56,675 nt of DNA, taken from Patescibacteria group bacterium (GTDB lineage: Bacteria > Patescibacteriota > Saccharimonadia > Saccharimonadales > Saccharimonadaceae). The DNA lies in assembly GCA_913775275.1 (NCBI GenBank), contig CAJYIP010000028.1, positions 1 to 56,675 on the forward strand, written 5' to 3'. Under the pieces are notes generated by a model. That model worked only from the letters and a program-made list of their open reading frames with translations. It had not been told where the DNA came from and did no database searches. The translations under genes were made by a program, and so were the position numbers. Of this stretch, positions 8,967 to 20,474 are shown in pieces (position 1 is the first letter of the stretch; each line of letters opens with the position of its first letter).

Positions 8967-11900
8967 TTATGCAGCGAGCTCAACGTCCTCTTCGATGTCT
9001 ACGACATCACTCTCGAGCGTATCAAGTGCTGTCGCGCTTTGGACACCGGTTCCAACAGGAATCTTGCGTCCGATGATAACGTTCTCTTTGAGTCCATGCA
9101 GTGAGTCAATGCGACCACTAACTGCGGCGTTGATCAGGACACGAGTCGTGTCTTGGAACGATGCAGCAGACAGGAAGCTGTCAGACCAGATTGAGACCTT
9201 CGTGATACCGAGCAGGAGTTGCGTGAAGGCAACGAGTTCTTTGCCCTCTTTGGCAAGTTCTTCGTTTGCTTCGACAACAGATGCCTTTGATACGATGTCA
9301 CCGGTGACAAATGCACTGTCACCTGGATCTTCGACTTGGACACGGCTAAACATCTGTCGAACGATGATCTCGAGGTGCTTGTCGGCAACGTCTTGACCCT
9401 GTGCAGCGTAAATACGGAGCACTTCGTTGATGATGTAGCGTTGTGTCGCTTCGATACCTTTGAGACGCATCAGGTCGTGCAGGTTAAGTGATCCACCAGT
9501 GAGGCGGTCACCTGCTTCGACGATGTCTCCAGACGCGACAGTCAGCTGGTAGTTACCAGGGACTTCGTAGCGGACTGGCGAGCTGGCGTTTGCAACAAGC
9601 ACAAGATGTTCGTCAGTGACTTCAACAACGCCATCGAATGGTGCAACAAGCGGCTTCGATTCACTCTCACCAGAGGCAAGAACATCGCCAACTTTTACGT
9701 TAGAACCAGATTTGATACCAGCGACGCGGCCTTCGAGCGCGATTGTCTCGGTGTGACCTGCCTCAGGAGTAACCTGAACGATATATTTCTTGCCATCTTC
9801 CCATTGCTCTACGACACCGGCAGTTTCAGTAATGAACGCTTGACCCTTTGGTGAACGAGCTTCAAACAACTCTTCGACACGAGGAAGACCCTGGGTAATG
9901 TCACTCTCCTGGACTCCACCGGAGTGGAAGGTACGGAGTGTGAGCTGTGTACCAGGCTCACCGACTGACTGAGCCGCGATGACACCAACTGGTTGTGCGT
10001 TTGCAACAAGCTTGTTGGTCGACATGTCGATACCATAGCTGGTTTGCGGCACACCACGAAGGTTCTTGGTTGAAAGGACTGAACGAATCTTTACTTCAGT
10101 GAGGTCGCTATCAGCTTCAATAGCGTTCGCGATTTCACGGGTGATTAACTCTCCTGCTTTGACATGGCCATCGATGTTTTCGGCAGCGTATCGTCCGTAC
10201 AAACGGTTACCAAAGTCGATCATAGTTAGTTCAGATTCGCTTCGGTAGATAGTAAATCCTTCGTCATCACCAGCTTCATCAGCAACTGTAAAGACGTCTT
10301 GTGACACGTCAACCAGACGACGAGTCAGGTATCCCGAGTCGGCTGTCTTAAGGGCGGTGTCAATCAGACCCTTACGTGAACCACGGGTTGCAACGAATTG
10401 CTCAAGGCTCGAAAGACCCTTCTTGTAACTTGAACGGATCGGAAGCTCAATCTCGCGGTTAGTTGCGTCGACCATGATACCGATCATAGCGCTGGCAAGC
10501 ATAACGTTTGAGATATCACCACGAGCACCTGAGTTGACCATGACTGAGACACTAGTGTCCATGTCTTTCAACTTGTCCTTCAAGAAGGTTTCAAGTTTAC
10601 GAGTCACACCACGCCAGTTAGCAACGGTCAGGTTGTAGCGCTCGTCATCTGTAATCAGACCCTGGCTGTATTGTTCACTAATCAGGGTCGCTTTCGCGTC
10701 ACCTTCAGCGATGAATTCGTCAGTTTCTTCAAAAATGATGTAGTCATCTTTACCGGTTGATACAGCTGCGATGGTTGCAAATCGGAAAGCAAGGCCTTTC
10801 ATACGGTCAGCAGTCTGAGCGGTGACTTCCGCACCATAGCTAAGGAAGATGTTGTTAAGAACTTTCTTGAGCTGCTTCTTCGTCTGAACGTTGTCGTCGA
10901 ACGGATACTCTGCTGGCAGAATTTCGTTGAAGAACACGCGACCAAGCGTCGTTTCTCGTGCTTCGCCCTTCGCCCAGACACGGATTGGTGTTTGGAGCTG
11001 GATGACACCGTTGTCGTAGGCCATTTCAGCTTCGTAGACAGAGCTGTAGGCTTTGACTGATCCAGTTTGAGCACTTGGTTTGTTGTATGTCAGGTAGTAA
11101 TTACCGAGAACGATGTCCTGTGCGATCGAAAGCACTGGTGCACCATCAGCTGGCTTCAGGAGGTTGGCTGTTGCGCTCATGAGCGTTCGAGCTTCTTCTT
11201 GCGCCTGGCGGCTCAACGGGAGGTGGACAGCCATCTGATCACCGTCGTAGTCGGCGTTGAAACCGTTAGCCACGAGTGGGTGGAGCTGGATTGCTTTACC
11301 TTCAACAAGTCGCGGCTGGAAAGCCTGAATAGACAAACGGTGAAGTGACGGTGCACGGTTTAGCAGAACGTAGCGTCCTTCGATGACGGCGTCGAGGGCA
11401 TCCCAGACAACCGCTTCACCAGCTTCGATCAAACGAGTTGCGGAACGGATGTTGTGCGCATGTTCACCACGGATAAGCCAACTAATAACGAATGGCTTGA
11501 ATAGCTCGAGGGCCATTTGCTTTGGCAAACCACATTCGTGAATTTTAAGCTTTGGACCTACGACGATTACTGAACGTCCAGAGTAGTCGACACGCTTACC
11601 GAGAAGGTTCTGACGGAAACGTCCTTGCTTACCCTTCAACATGTCAGAGATTGACTTGAGGCGACGACGGCCGCCAGTCGCGTTGACCGCACGACCACCA
11701 CGAGCCGCTGAGTTGTCGATCAATGCGTCAACTGCTTCTTGCAGCATACGCATTTCGTTACGACGGATGACCTCTGGCGCATTCAATTCGATCAACTTCT
11801 TGAGACGGTTGTTACGGTTAATCACGCGGCGGTACAAGTCGTTCAGGTCTGATGTTGCAAAGCGGCCACCAGTCAATTGAACCATCGGACGAAGGTCTGG

Positions 11901-12806
11901 AGGAATAACAGGGAGAACTGTCATTGTCAGGCTGTTTGGCTTGATGCCAGCAGACTGCATACCCTCGAGCATCTTGAGACGCTTTAGAAGTTTCTTTTCA
12001 CGCTGGCCCTTGGCACCTTCAACTTCTTCGTTGAGCTCAGCAATAAGGGTATCAAGGTTGATGTCATCGAGCAGGGCTTTTAGTGCAAGACCACCCATAC
12101 CGACCTCGATGAGATCTTGGTATTCTTCGGGAAGGTTACGGTAGTCAACTTCACTAAGGAGCGCACCCTTTGAAAGACTTTCAAGCTGGGTTTTCTTAAC
12201 TGTGTAGCCTTCTGTCAACTCTTCGAGTTCTTTGGTTTGTTGTTCAGCAAGCGTTTTGACGTCAGCGCCTTCAGCTTCCGCTTCTTTTTCGTAGCGAATC
12301 TTGATGGCAGCGCGGCCAGCTTCAGTTTCAGCTTCAAGGTCAGCCAAGAATTTGTCGCGCGTTTCTTCGTCAGACTTTAGGATGACGTAGGTTGCGAAAT
12401 ACGCAATACGCTCAAGATTACGAACAGTGATACCAAGCAGTAATGACATTGCTGATGGTGTTCCACGCATAAACCAGATGTGCGCAACTGGTGACGCAAG
12501 GTTGATGTGACCCATACGTTCACGTCGAACAATAGACTTGGTGACGAGGTCGCCATTCTTGTCGACCGCAGCTTCGCGAGATCGAACACCCTTGAGCTTG
12601 TTGTCGTGAGGGTTGATGTCTTTGACTGGACCGAAAATACGCTCACAGAATAGGCCATCACGCTCAGGTTTCTGAGTACGATAGTTAATAGTTTCCGGCT
12701 TGGTTACTTCACCGTAGCTCCACTTTTGGACGTCTTCGGCACTGGCAACGCTCAAGCGGATCGCGTCAAAATCGGCAATACCGTTGTTGGTGACAACTCG
12801 TGACAT
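8967..12806 (-). CDS. rpoC: RNA polymerase beta' subunit
   Basis: KPETINYRT, GKQGRFRQNLLGKRVDYSGRSV, NADYDGD catalytic loop, GEPGTQLTLRTFH, LSAASFQ. Confidence 0.99.
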   Translation of the reverse strand: MSRVVTNNGIADFDAIRLSVASAEDVQKWSYGEVTKPETINYRTQKPERDGLFCERIFGPVKDINPHDNKLKGVRSREAAVDKNGDLVTKSIVRRERMGHINLASPVAHIWFMRGTPSAMSLLLGITVRNLERIAYFATYVILKSDEETRDKFLADLEAETEAGRAAIKIRYEKEAEAEGADVKTLAEQQTKELEELTEGYTVKKTQLESLSKGALLSEVDYRNLPEEYQDLIEVGMGGLALKALLDDINLDTLIAELNEEVEGAKGQREKKLLKRLKMLEGMQSAGIKPNSLTMTVLPVIPPDLRPMVQLTGGRFATSDLNDLYRRVINRNNRLKKLIELNAPEVIRRNEMRMLQEAVDALIDNSAARGGRAVNATGGRRRLKSISDMLKGKQGRFRQNLLGKRVDYSGRSVIVVGPKLKIHECGLPKQMALELFKPFVISWLIRGEHAHNIRSATRLIEAGEAVVWDALDAVIEGRYVLLNRAPSLHRLSIQAFQPRLVEGKAIQLHPLVANGFNADYDGDQMAVHLPLSRQAQEEARTLMSATANLLKPADGAPVLSIAQDIVLGNYYLTYNKPSAQTGSVKAYSSVYEAEMAYDNGVIQLQTPIRVWAKGEARETTLGRVFFNEILPAEYPFDDNVQTKKQLKKVLNNIFLSYGAEVTAQTADRMKGLAFRFATIAAVSTGKDDYIIFEETDEFIAEGDAKATLISEQYSQGLITDDERYNLTVANWRGVTRKLETFLKDKLKDMDTSVSVMVNSGARGDISNVMLASAMIGIMVDATNREIELPIRSSYKKGLSSLEQFVATRGSRKGLIDTALKTADSGYLTRRLVDVSQDVFTVADEAGDDEGFTIYRSESELTMIDFGNRLYGRYAAENIDGHVKAGELITREIANAIEADSDLTEVKIRSVLSTKNLRGVPQTSYGIDMSTNKLVANAQPVGVIAAQSVGEPGTQLTLRTFHSGGVQESDITQGLPRVEELFEARSPKGQAFITETAGVVEQWEDGKKYIVQVTPEAGHTETIALEGRVAGIKSGSNVKVGDVLASGESESKPLVAPFDGVVEVTDEHLVLVANASSPVRYEVPGNYQLTVASGDIVEAGDRLTGGSLNLHDLMRLKGIEATQRYIINEVLRIYAAQGQDVADKHLEIIVRQMFSRVQVEDPGDSAFVTGDIVSKASVVEANEELAKEGKELVAFTQLLLGITKVSIWSDSFLSAASFQDTTRVLINAAVSGRIDSLHGLKENVIIGRKIPVGTGVQSATALDTLESDVVDIEEDVELAA

Positions 12807-12808
12807 GT

Positions 12809-15800
12809 TTACGCCTCCTCCTTAATTTGTTCAATTTCATCAATGTCTTGGATACTGACACCGTCTTCGAGGTCGCCGAGCTCGTCAGCTTCATCCAATA
12901 CTGTTTCTATTTCTTCATCATCACCGAGAACACTGCTAGCAGCGATCGGCTGTCCATTAATAACACTTCCGATCACCTGTTCAGCATCAACGATTTCATC
13001 TTCGCTCTGGTCAAGCAAGTCAACACGCAGACCAAGTCCTTGCAGTTCTTTCACGAGAACGTTGAAGCTCTCTGGAAGTTTCGGACCGACAATCGCTTCG
13101 TCCTTGATAATCGACTCATACGCCTTGGCACGTCCGTAGACGTCGTCAGACTTGATAGTAAGCATTTCCTGAAGGGTTGCAGCAGCACCGTATGCTTCAA
13201 GTGCCCACACCTCCATCTCACCGAATCGCTGACCACCGTTTTGTGCTTTACCACCAAGTGGCTGCTGGGTAACCATGGTGTATGGACCAGTTGAACGGGC
13301 GTGAATCTTGTCGCTCACCATGTGGTGAAGCTTCAGCATGTGCATGACACCGACTGTTGTTCGCTCTTCGAACGCGTCACCGGTGCGGCCATCGTAAAGT
13401 TGGCTCTTTCCATCGCGGGCATAACCAGCTTTTTCAAGTTCGTCTGAAATGACTTCGTCTGAAATACCGTTAAATGGTGGCGTTGCGACTTTGTACCCGA
13501 GGGCACGTGCAGCGAGACCAAGGTGCGTTTCAAACAACTGACCAATATTCATACGGCTTGGGACACCGAGTGGGTTCAAGACGACATCAACAGGTGTTCC
13601 GTCTTCCATGAATGGCATGTCTTCGATCGGAAGGATCCGTGCAACAACACCCTTGTTTCCGTGACGACCAGCCAGCTTGTCACCGACAGTAATCTTACGG
13701 AACTGAGCAACGAAGATCTGGATCTGCATCAAGACACCAGCCTTGAGTTCGTGACCGTTTTCGCGTGAGAAGATCTTGACGCCGACAACCTTACCACCAC
13801 CTGCATTGTTCATACGCTGTGATGTGTCGCGGACATCTTTCGCTTTTTCACCGAAGATAGCGCGCAGGAGTCGTTCCTCAGAAGAAAGTTCCTGCTCACC
13901 CTTTGGTGTAATTTTACCAACCAATACGTCACCGGCTTTTACTTCAGAACCGAGCTGAACGATACCGCTCTCGTCGAGGTGACGGAGTGATTCTTCAGAG
14001 ACGTTAGGAATGTCTCGGGTAACGATTTCTGGACCAAGCTTCGTTTCACGAACTTCAACGGTGTAATCTTTGATATTGATGCTTGTCAATGTGTCGTCTT
14101 GGACAAGGCGACGCGATAGAACGATTGCGTCGTCCATGTTGTAGCCAGACCATGGCATGAAGGCCACCGTCAGGTCTTTACCAAGAGCGATTTCACCGTT
14201 AGAGACAGATGCACCTTCGATGAGGATGTCGCCTTGCTTGACCTTTTGTCCGCGATCGACAACAACCTTCTGGTTGATTGAACGGTCGTCGTTCGACTTT
14301 GTAAAGTGCTTGAGTTCGTACTTCTTGATACCGTCTTTGTATTTGACATGGACTTCAGCACCGTCAGCACGAACAACTTCACCGTCAGCTTCAGCTTCGA
14401 CAACTTGGCTGGTGTTACGAGCGATTGTCTCTTCAATTCCAGTACCGACAGTTGGCGCTTCGGTTCGGAGCAATGGCACAGCTTGCTTCTGCATGCTTGC
14501 GGCCATCAATGAACGGTCAACACGGTTTTTCTCAACGAATGGAACCAATGCGGCAGTTGAACCGAGGATCTGCTTGTGTGCAGCGTCGGCAAACGTGACT
14601 TCAGCGGCGTCAACTTGCTCAGGCAAGAGGCCGTTACGTGCACTGACACGCTCATCGATGAATGAACCATCTTCGTTCACTTCAACACCAGCATCAGCAA
14701 TGACTTCGACTGCTTCCTGTGAGGCGTCGAGGTAGACAACTTCGTCGGTAATCTTACCATCAACGACACGGAGGTATGGTGTTTCAATAAAGCCGTACTC
14801 GTTAACCTTTGCGTACGTACCGAGGTTCAATACCAGACCGATGTTCGCACCTTCCGGTGTCTCAACGGCACAAAGGCGACCATAGTGAGTTGGGTGGGCG
14901 TCACGGACGTCAAAGCCAGCACGTTCGCGGCTCAGACCACCAGGACCCATTGATGACAAACGACGTTTGTGAGCAAGCTCTGCAAGCGGGTTCGTATCAT
15001 CCATCAACTGTGATAATTGTGAGCTCGCAAAGAATTCACGAACCGCAGCAACAACCGGTCGAGCGTTGATGAGTTGGTTAGGAGAGACGTTTTCGATGTC
15101 AGACATCGACATGCGGTCCATTGCGTTACGTTGCATACGGAGCATACCGACACGGAACTGACGAGCGACGAGCTCACCAACCAATTTCACGCGACGGTTT
15201 GAAAGTGCGTCAATGTCGTCAGGCGCGTCCTGTGTGTTGTTGAGGCGAATGATTTCGCGAACAATCGCGAGTAAATCTGATACTTGGAAGACACGATTTT
15301 CAGTTGTGTTCGCAACATCGAGCTCAAGTCGTTGGTTCAATTTGTAACGGCCGACACGGCTATAGTCAAATCGCTTGAAGTCAAAGAACATACGTTCGAT
15401 CATTGAACGAGCGTTGTCGACAGTTGCGAGGTCGCCTGGACGAAGTCGGCGGTAGACTTCGATCAATGCTTCGTTTGTTCCACGAGCCGGGTCTTTATCG
15501 AGTGTGGCTTCGACGTATTTGACATCACCGGTATCAATGTCTTCAAACAACGATTTGATTTCGCTGGTCTTGTTGTATCCAAGAGCACGGAAAAGAGTCG
15601 TCACAGGAAGTTTACGACGACGGTCGATCTTGACGTAGATCGCACCGTTTGAGGCGGTTTCGAATTCCAGCCATGCACCGCGGCCTGGGATAAGCTTCGC
15701 ACCGTAGAAATTACGAGTAGCAGCACGGTCGGCCGTAAAGAAAACACCAGCAGAACGAATCAGCTGAGAAACGACGACACGCTCCGTACCATTGATGATG

Positions 15801-16168
15801 AACGTACCGCGATCAGTCATCCACGGGTAGTCACCAAGGTAGATTTCCTGTTCTTTGACTTCGCCAGTTACTTTGTTCGTCAACTCAACCATTGCGTGCA
15901 GTGGTGCATCGAAAGTAAGGTTGTTCTCTTTGGCGTCTTGCTCAGAGTTCTTTGGATCATGGAACTCGTACTTGCCGAAACGCAGCGCAAGCTTTTGACC
16001 AGTATAGTCATCGATCGGGTTCAATTCGGCGAAGATTTCACCGAGTCCAGTTTCGACAAAGTCGCGCCAGCTATCGCGCTGGTGTTGAATAAGGTTTGGT
16101 ATCGGGAGAGCGGTGTCGTCTTTCGTAAAGAAGACACGCTTCGTGTTTGCACGATCGTTGCTTGCCAT
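12809..16168 (-). CDS. rpoB: RNA polymerase beta subunit
   Basis: [55 protein letters not shown]. Confidence 0.99.
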   Translation of the reverse strand: MASNDRANTKRVFFTKDDTALPIPNLIQHQRDSWRDFVETGLGEIFAELNPIDDYTGQKLALRFGKYEFHDPKNSEQDAKENNLTFDAPLHAMVELTNKVTGEVKEQEIYLGDYPWMTDRGTFIINGTERVVVSQLIRSAGVFFTADRAATRNFYGAKLIPGRGAWLEFETASNGAIYVKIDRRRKLPVTTLFRALGYNKTSEIKSLFEDIDTGDVKYVEATLDKDPARGTNEALIEVYRRLRPGDLATVDNARSMIERMFFDFKRFDYSRVGRYKLNQRLELDVANTTENRVFQVSDLLAIVREIIRLNNTQDAPDDIDALSNRRVKLVGELVARQFRVGMLRMQRNAMDRMSMSDIENVSPNQLINARPVVAAVREFFASSQLSQLMDDTNPLAELAHKRRLSSMGPGGLSRERAGFDVRDAHPTHYGRLCAVETPEGANIGLVLNLGTYAKVNEYGFIETPYLRVVDGKITDEVVYLDASQEAVEVIADAGVEVNEDGSFIDERVSARNGLLPEQVDAAEVTFADAAHKQILGSTAALVPFVEKNRVDRSLMAASMQKQAVPLLRTEAPTVGTGIEETIARNTSQVVEAEADGEVVRADGAEVHVKYKDGIKKYELKHFTKSNDDRSINQKVVVDRGQKVKQGDILIEGASVSNGEIALGKDLTVAFMPWSGYNMDDAIVLSRRLVQDDTLTSINIKDYTVEVRETKLGPEIVTRDIPNVSEESLRHLDESGIVQLGSEVKAGDVLVGKITPKGEQELSSEERLLRAIFGEKAKDVRDTSQRMNNAGGGKVVGVKIFSRENGHELKAGVLMQIQIFVAQFRKITVGDKLAGRHGNKGVVARILPIEDMPFMEDGTPVDVVLNPLGVPSRMNIGQLFETHLGLAARALGYKVATPPFNGISDEVISDELEKAGYARDGKSQLYDGRTGDAFEERTTVGVMHMLKLHHMVSDKIHARSTGPYTMVTQQPLGGKAQNGGQRFGEMEVWALEAYGAAATLQEMLTIKSDDVYGRAKAYESIIKDEAIVGPKLPESFNVLVKELQGLGLRVDLLDQSEDEIVDAEQVIGSVINGQPIAASSVLGDDEEIETVLDEADELGDLEDGVSIQDIDEIEQIKEEA

Positions 16169-16440
16169 ATGGGCTCTGTTCCTCGCATTGGATTAAATGG
16201 TAGATATTGCTCACTCTTCGAGTGAAGGGGGTTCTTTGGCGCCGAAGATTCCCTTAACCGCGTTCGACGAAATACAAGGTTGCCACACCAATTTCCGACA
16301 TAGTGAACGACGGCTACACTACTTCTTAGTACTTATTATGCGCTCAAATTAAGAAATAATCAAGATAATTCTGTTAAATATATCACATTTAATGGATAAT
16401 ATTTTTTAAGAAATTGTATAAGGTATGATATCGTGCTCAT

Positions 16441-17190
16441 ATGACTATTGAAACGAGCAAGACACCCCTTACAAACACTGATCTTCTTGCTCTTACTGCC
16501 CAGCAACAATATAACGGCGCTCAGCGCTTTGTTTCCATAGGCTCTATCGCTCGCGGCGTACGGCTCGGCTACGACAGCGACGCCCTCACTGATCCCCGTC
16601 GACGTCGTTTTCAGGACGTCGATGTTATAGATCGACAATGTGTCCTTACCGGTAAGTACTCTGTAAACGGTGGCCATCTCGATGGACTTCACACCCGCAC
16701 ACTCCGACCCGTCGAAGCTGATGATACTCTTTGGGGCTTTTACGACACATACAACCCGAGCGACCTAGAACCACTCGCGACGTTTCCCGAAGCATGCCTC
16801 GGACTGTCTGCGATCCATTTCAGCGCATCGTATCCCGATCGAACGATACAAGTGCCGGATGCAGCGACACTTGTTGCGCTATCTAACCTCTATAGCCACA
16901 GTGGCTTACTTCCAAAGCATCAAGATCAAATCCAAGAACTCGAAAACATATCAAACGGATTACACCCTGTATTTTCAGATGCCCTCGATACGTACAAACA
17001 AAGTATTGAAGAGAGATATCCGCTTTCAGCCTACATGAAAGTACGGCGAAAGATATTCAACTCTCACCCGGCATTCGCATTATCCGTACAGGACGGTACC
17101 TTAAGTTCTATTGGCAAGCTCATCAGAGCGTATCGGCAATCTACTCCAATCCCGCCAGAAGAAATCAGCTTTGACGATTGCAACAACTAG
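16441..17190 (+). CDS. Hypothetical protein with Pol-beta-type nucleotidyltransferase motif
   Basis: hGS motif (VSIGSIA), then DxD (FQDVDV) and a later Asp (HLDG). Confidence 0.6.
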   Translation: MTIETSKTPLTNTDLLALTAQQQYNGAQRFVSIGSIARGVRLGYDSDALTDPRRRRFQDVDVIDRQCVLTGKYSVNGGHLDGLHTRTLRPVEADDTLWGFYDTYNPSDLEPLATFPEACLGLSAIHFSASYPDRTIQVPDAATLVALSNLYSHSGLLPKHQDQIQELENISNGLHPVFSDALDTYKQSIEERYPLSAYMKVRRKIFNSHPAFALSVQDGTLSSIGKLIRAYRQSTPIPPEEISFDDCNN

Positions 17191-17783
17191 GCTTTTTCGA
17201 TAACTTCGTCGATTAAGCCGTATGCTTTCGCCTCTTCGGCGCTCATCCAGTAGTCGCGATCAGCATCTTTCTCGACTTTAGCGAGTTTTTGACCGGTATT
17301 TTTGGCAAGAATTTCGTTCAGCATTTTTTTCAGGAAGAGACCTTCGCGGAGCGTAATTTCTTGATCTGATATCTTGCCCTGCGTGCCACTTGATGGCTGG
17401 TGGATCATAATACGACTACTAGGCAAAGCGTAGCGCTTGCCTTTTGTTCCGCTTGAAAGCAGGAATGCACCCATGCTTGCCTGCAAGCCTATACCAATTG
17501 TCTGTACGTCCGGCTTAATATGCTGAATCGTGTCATAAATCGCGAGACCATCATAGACACTCCCACCGGGGCTGTTGATGTACAGCTTAATGTCCTTGTC
17601 TGGATCTTCGTACGCGAGGAAAAGTAATTGTGCGACAACGATATTTGCTGTGTGTTCGTTCACATCTTCACCGAGGAAGATAATACGCTCATTTAATAAT
17701 CGTGAGTAGATATCAAAAGCCCGCTCACCGTCGTACGACTTTTGAATCACTGTTGGTACTAAGTAATCTGATGGCTTGTTCAT
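17187..17783 (-). CDS. clpP: ATP-dependent Clp protease proteolytic subunit
   Basis: [35 protein letters not shown]; start MNKP at 17783. Confidence 0.97.
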   Translation of the reverse strand: MNKPSDYLVPTVIQKSYDGERAFDIYSRLLNERIIFLGEDVNEHTANIVVAQLLFLAYEDPDKDIKLYINSPGGSVYDGLAIYDTIQHIKPDVQTIGIGLQASMGAFLLSSGTKGKRYALPSSRIMIHQPSSGTQGKISDQEITLREGLFLKKMLNEILAKNTGQKLAKVEKDADRDYWMSAEEAKAYGLIDEVIEKA

Positions 17784-17789
17784 AGGTCT

Positions 17790-17830
17790 ATTGTACAAAA
17801 AAATTAGCACTCTGGTCAAGGGAGTGCTAA
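17790..17830 (-). promoter_or_regulatory. CIRCE (HrcA operator) overlapping the sigma70-type clpP promoter
   Basis: TTAGCACTC-N9-GAGTGCTAA at 17804-17830; minus strand TTGACC inside the spacer, TACAAT 6 nt before ATG. Confidence 0.92.
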
Positions 17831-17864
17831 TTAGATTGATAGATGAATCTACCTCAAAAGCTCA

Positions 17865-19148
17865 CTATGCGTTCAATTCAACTAAGCGATCAATCGTCTT
17901 GTCTGTTATGACACGATTTGCTATATCGTCACGAGCCTCTTCAGTGCCGAGCTGCTCGGCCATCTGAGGGTTGTTTGCGTATTGTTGCTTGAACTGTGCA
18001 ACTTGCTCGTCAACCTCAAGATCAGTCAGCTCAATGTTTTCCGCTTTGGTGACTTCTGATAGGACAAGTCCGGCCTGCACACGACGAGTCGCTGCTTCCT
18101 TAACTTCTTTTTCGCGCCATGCGTCGATGTCTTTATATCCTTGCGACTGAATGTACGCGTCAAGGCTAAGGCCACGGTACATCAAATTCTGTTGAAAGTC
18201 CTGTTCGATAGATTGCATTTGGTCGGCGACCAATGCTTCGGGTGCAGATACTTTGCTCTTTTCAATGAGCTCAGTGATTAGGGCATCCTTGTACTTGTCT
18301 TCAACTTCTTTTTCTTTTTGAGCAGTCAGCTCGCGCTTAATGTCTTCTTTGAGGTCTTTGATCGTTTCAAATGGACCAGCTTTTTTGGCGAAATCATCGT
18401 CGAGTGCAGGTTTGACTGGTTCAAGTACTTTTTTCAGCACAACGCTAAAGACAACTTTTTGTCCGGCGAGATCGCTCGAATGGTATTCTTTTGGAAATTC
18501 AAGGTCGAGGTCGAATGAGTCGTTGGCTTTGTGACCGATAACGCCATCTTCGAAACCTGGAATGAACTGGCCTGCGCCAAGACTTAATGTGTAGTCGGTA
18601 GCGGTACCACCATCAAAAGCAACGCCATCTTTTTTACCAGTAAAGTCGATGACAACTTCATCACCATCTTTAGCTGCTCGTTCAACTTCTTTTTTCTCAG
18701 CGAAGCCGTTTTTCATGCGCTCGAGAACGTCAGTGACATCCTTTGCTGCAATCTTGACGTCATCTTTTTTGGCAGAGAGTTTTTTGTAATCGCCAAGTTT
18801 GACTTCAGGAATAACTTCTACTTCAGCAGTAAACTCGAGCTCTTCGCTCGGCACGAATTTTTTGACTTCGACAGATGGTCGGTCAATTGCTCGAATAGAT
18901 TGTTCGGTAAACGAGACAGCAACGGCTTTGCTGATGGCGTCGTCAAGCGCTTGCTCTTGAAGTGCCTGAGGGCTGACGTGCTTTGCAGCGACGCTGGCTG
19001 GGACTTTACCTGAACGGAAGCCAGGAACTTTTACGGTTTTGCTCAATTTTGTCAAAGCGACCTGTTCTGCATCGGCAAGTTCATTTGCGCCAAGAACAAT
19101 AGTCACCTGTACTTTGGTGTCGGATAGTTGTTTCACTGTAGTCTGCAT
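17865..19148 (-). CDS. tig: Trigger factor
   Basis: VPGFRSGKVP ribosome-binding motif, FKBP domain (FIPGFEDG); tig-clpP synteny. Confidence 0.96.
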   Translation of the reverse strand: MQTTVKQLSDTKVQVTIVLGANELADAEQVALTKLSKTVKVPGFRSGKVPASVAAKHVSPQALQEQALDDAISKAVAVSFTEQSIRAIDRPSVEVKKFVPSEELEFTAEVEVIPEVKLGDYKKLSAKKDDVKIAAKDVTDVLERMKNGFAEKKEVERAAKDGDEVVIDFTGKKDGVAFDGGTATDYTLSLGAGQFIPGFEDGVIGHKANDSFDLDLEFPKEYHSSDLAGQKVVFSVVLKKVLEPVKPALDDDFAKKAGPFETIKDLKEDIKRELTAQKEKEVEDKYKDALITELIEKSKVSAPEALVADQMQSIEQDFQQNLMYRGLSLDAYIQSQGYKDIDAWREKEVKEAATRRVQAGLVLSEVTKAENIELTDLEVDEQVAQFKQQYANNPQMAEQLGTEEARDDIANRVITDKTIDRLVELNA

Positions 19149-19173
19149 TTAACTAACTATAACAGAGGTAAAA

Positions 19174-20454
19174 TTAGGACGCAAGGTGACGGACAATGTC
19201 ATCGGCTGTTAAACGCTGCTCCGTTTCGGTCTCGAGGTTTTTCAGGACGTAGTCCGTATCATCCTGAGCGCCGACGAACATTGCGTAGCCTATTCGCTTC
19301 TTGAGAGCCGTCTTCATTTGTTTATCGAGCTTTCGGGCCGATAATTCAATTTCTACATTGACACCAGCTCGTCGCAGTTCGGTAGCGACAGATGCTGCCT
19401 TTTCATAAGCATCACCAATCACGACGACATATACGTCAGTCGTCGAGCGATACAGCGGCAACAAGTCGTGCACAGCCAAAAAGTTTTCGATCATTGTGTT
19501 ACCTGGCGCCATGCCGACAGCCGAAATCGGCTCTGCGCCGAAAAGTCCAACAAGGCCATCATATCGACCACCACCAAATAGTGAGCGATTATTTTCAGGG
19601 TGAGTGTCGAATGCTTCAAAGACTGAACCGGTGTAGTAATCAAAACCGCGCATAAGGGTTGGATCAAACACAACTGCCGTCACTCCTTGCGCGGCGAGCA
19701 GACTAAAAAGCTTTTTTAACTCATCGAGCGCATCACTAAGCTGCAGCGCTTCAGGCAGTTGATCAATTGTCTGAGCATTCAATAGTGCTTCGAGGCTTTC
19801 GATCCGGGAATCATCACCAAAAATGAGGATAGCTTGCTCACGGAAGGCTTCATTGCTCACTTTAGCTCGTCGATCGAGGAGTTTAATCATTTGCAGAGAT
19901 TGTACTTCATCAAGACCAAGGTACTGTGTCATCGTGTAGTGTATAAAATGACGGTTGTTAACTTTGATAACGTAGTCGCCATCGCTCGCGCCAAATTCTT
20001 TGAGAATAGCGTCAGCGATTGAGATAATTTCCGCATCAGCGGTAATTGCATCGACACCGAACAGATCGACGTTTAATTGCCAAAATTCTCGTTCGCGACC
20101 ACGCTGCGGGCGTTCATAACGCATAAAATTCGCAATTGAATACAGGCGTGCAGGATAGGCTAACTCTTGTCGACGAGCTGCCACCATACGGCTAATCGTT
20201 GGTGTCATTTCTGGGCGGATCGCTACGTTACGGCCGCCACGATCAGTAAAGGTATATGTCTGCTCGTTGACGAGCTCTTGGCCACTTTTGGCCGCATACA
20301 TATCAAGCGGCTCGAGTGTCGGAGCACCATACTCTTGATAGCCAAACCGCTCAACAACTTTACGCCATACGTTGAAGATATGGTTCTGAACGAATTTATC
20401 TTCAGGGTAGTAATCGCGCGTGCCTTTGTAGGGTTGAGTTGAAAGTGGGTTCAT
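19174..20454 (-). CDS. hisS: Histidyl-tRNA synthetase
   Basis: KGTRDYYP, RPEMT, RYERPQRGREREFWQ, RGFDYYTG, GGGRYD. Confidence 0.97.
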   Translation of the reverse strand: MNPLSTQPYKGTRDYYPEDKFVQNHIFNVWRKVVERFGYQEYGAPTLEPLDMYAAKSGQELVNEQTYTFTDRGGRNVAIRPEMTPTISRMVAARRQELAYPARLYSIANFMRYERPQRGREREFWQLNVDLFGVDAITADAEIISIADAILKEFGASDGDYVIKVNNRHFIHYTMTQYLGLDEVQSLQMIKLLDRRAKVSNEAFREQAILIFGDDSRIESLEALLNAQTIDQLPEALQLSDALDELKKLFSLLAAQGVTAVVFDPTLMRGFDYYTGSVFEAFDTHPENNRSLFGGGRYDGLVGLFGAEPISAVGMAPGNTMIENFLAVHDLLPLYRSTTDVYVVVIGDAYEKAASVATELRRAGVNVEIELSARKLDKQMKTALKKRIGYAMFVGAQDDTDYVLKNLETETEQRLTADDIVRHLAS

Positions 20455-20474
20455 AACTCTGCTATTGTCGCACG

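Noticed and set aside
14940-15040. Substitutions in the RpoB rifampicin-resistance region
   Set aside because: Key Q, D, H, R and S contact residues are retained; resistance cannot be claimed
8995-16225. Many 60-190 aa ORFs inside rpoB/rpoC, and similar ones inside other long genes
   Set aside because: Shadow ORFs from codon bias; no motifs or independent signals
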